Assembly: GCA_963668675.2 (NCBI GenBank)
Contig: CAXXMB010000002.1
Location: forward strand, 2,208,001-2,272,000
Length of the DNA: 64,000 nucleotides
Direction of reading: 5' to 3'
Source: an uncultured Desulfatitalea sp.
GTDB lineage: Bacteria; Desulfobacterota; Desulfobacteria; Desulfobacterales; Desulfosarcinaceae
Numbering within the stretch: position 1 is the first letter of the stretch; each line of letters begins with the position of its first letter. A program made the translations under genes and the position numbers. This document shows positions 63,412-64,000 of this stretch, in pieces. Under the pieces are notes generated by a model. It saw only the letters and a list, made by a program, of their open reading frames with translations. It was not told the DNA's origin and ran no database searches.

Positions 63412-64000
63412 ATGAAGATTGGAGTGAAAGTGGTTCTGGCTGCCCTGGTGCTGGGCGGCAGCGTGTGGGGCACGGCAGTTGCGGAGCAGACTGTTGAAGC
63501 AGCGGAAAAGGCAACCATGGGAGAGGTGGTGGTGACCGCCAGCCGCGAGGAGGAGCCCAGCGCTAAAGTGCCGGCCAATGTGACCGTGATCGATGCCGAG
63601 GAGATCGAACGGTCAAATGCACAGAATGTACCAGAGTTGCTTGCCGCCGCAGGGGTGTTTGTGTCTGACGCCGGAGGCTACAAGCGAAGCTATACGGTGG
63701 ACATTAGAGGATTTGGTGAGACCGCTGCAGTAAACACATTGGTTCTGGTCGATGGCCGAAAGATCAATCAAGCGGATTTGAGCGGTACGGATTGGACCTT
63801 GATTCCATTGGACCGTATCGATCGGATCGAGGTGGTGCCGGGGTCCAGAGGGACGATTTTGTACGGTGACAATGCCACCGGCGGCGTGATCAACATCGTC
63901 ACCAAAGATGGCGCTGGCCTCGAAGGCCGGGTATCTGCCCAATATGGCAGTTATGAAACTTTTAAAGGGGCGGCCGGTATCGGCGGTGCACAGGGTATCT
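63412..64000 (+). CDS. TonB-dependent receptor, probable BtuB (3'-truncated; absent from ORF track)
   Basis: Signal peptide, TonB box EVVVTASR, IRGF, LVLVDGR, IDRIEVV..LYGDNATGGVINIVTK. Confidence 0.88.
   Translation, partial: MKIGVKVVLAALVLGGSVWGTAVAEQTVEAAEKATMGEVVVTASREEEPSAKVPANVTVIDAEEIERSNAQNVPELLAAAGVFVSDAGGYKRSYTVDIRGFGETAAVNTLVLVDGRKINQADLSGTDWTLIPLDRIDRIEVVPGSRGTILYGDNATGGVINIVTKDGAGLEGRVSAQYGSYETFKGAAGIGGAQGI

Overview
GC-rich bacterial chromosomal segment. Gene content (sirC-ccsA-hemA, HDOD/hybrid kinases, a selenoprotein, dksA, btu genes) suggests a Desulfobacterota/deltaproteobacterial anaerobe (inference). It is mostly housekeeping: clpB, hemA, fabD, dksA, rnc, lepB, fadH, htpX, an rpsA-like gene, trxB, an rlmI-like gene, recQ, btuFCD, a cobalamin riboswitch and the start of a TonB receptor. 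The most interesting signals are non-coding or hidden from the ORF track. (1) An 825-nt group II intron whose RT gene is internally deleted sits precisely inside a ~135-bp MITE with GATG...CATC ends and a 6-bp target duplication. Its putative EBS1/EBS2 are complementary to the MITE's internal hairpin. A second, intron-free MITE copy upstream of fabD carries an extra ~23 nt at that target site. (2) An OsmC-like gene split by an in-frame UGA followed by a SECIS-like hairpin is probably a selenoprotein. (3) There is a tandem pair of membrane-associated dynamin-like GTPases. (4) Two duplicated His/Gly-rich secreted proteins share a conserved ECF-type promoter. (5) An eIF2B-like protein lacking catalytic residues is paired with an ArsB/NhaD transporter. 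(6) Several palindromic/REP-like repeat families occur. No rRNA, tRNA or CRISPR array was seen. All calls are from motif recognition by eye, not database searches.
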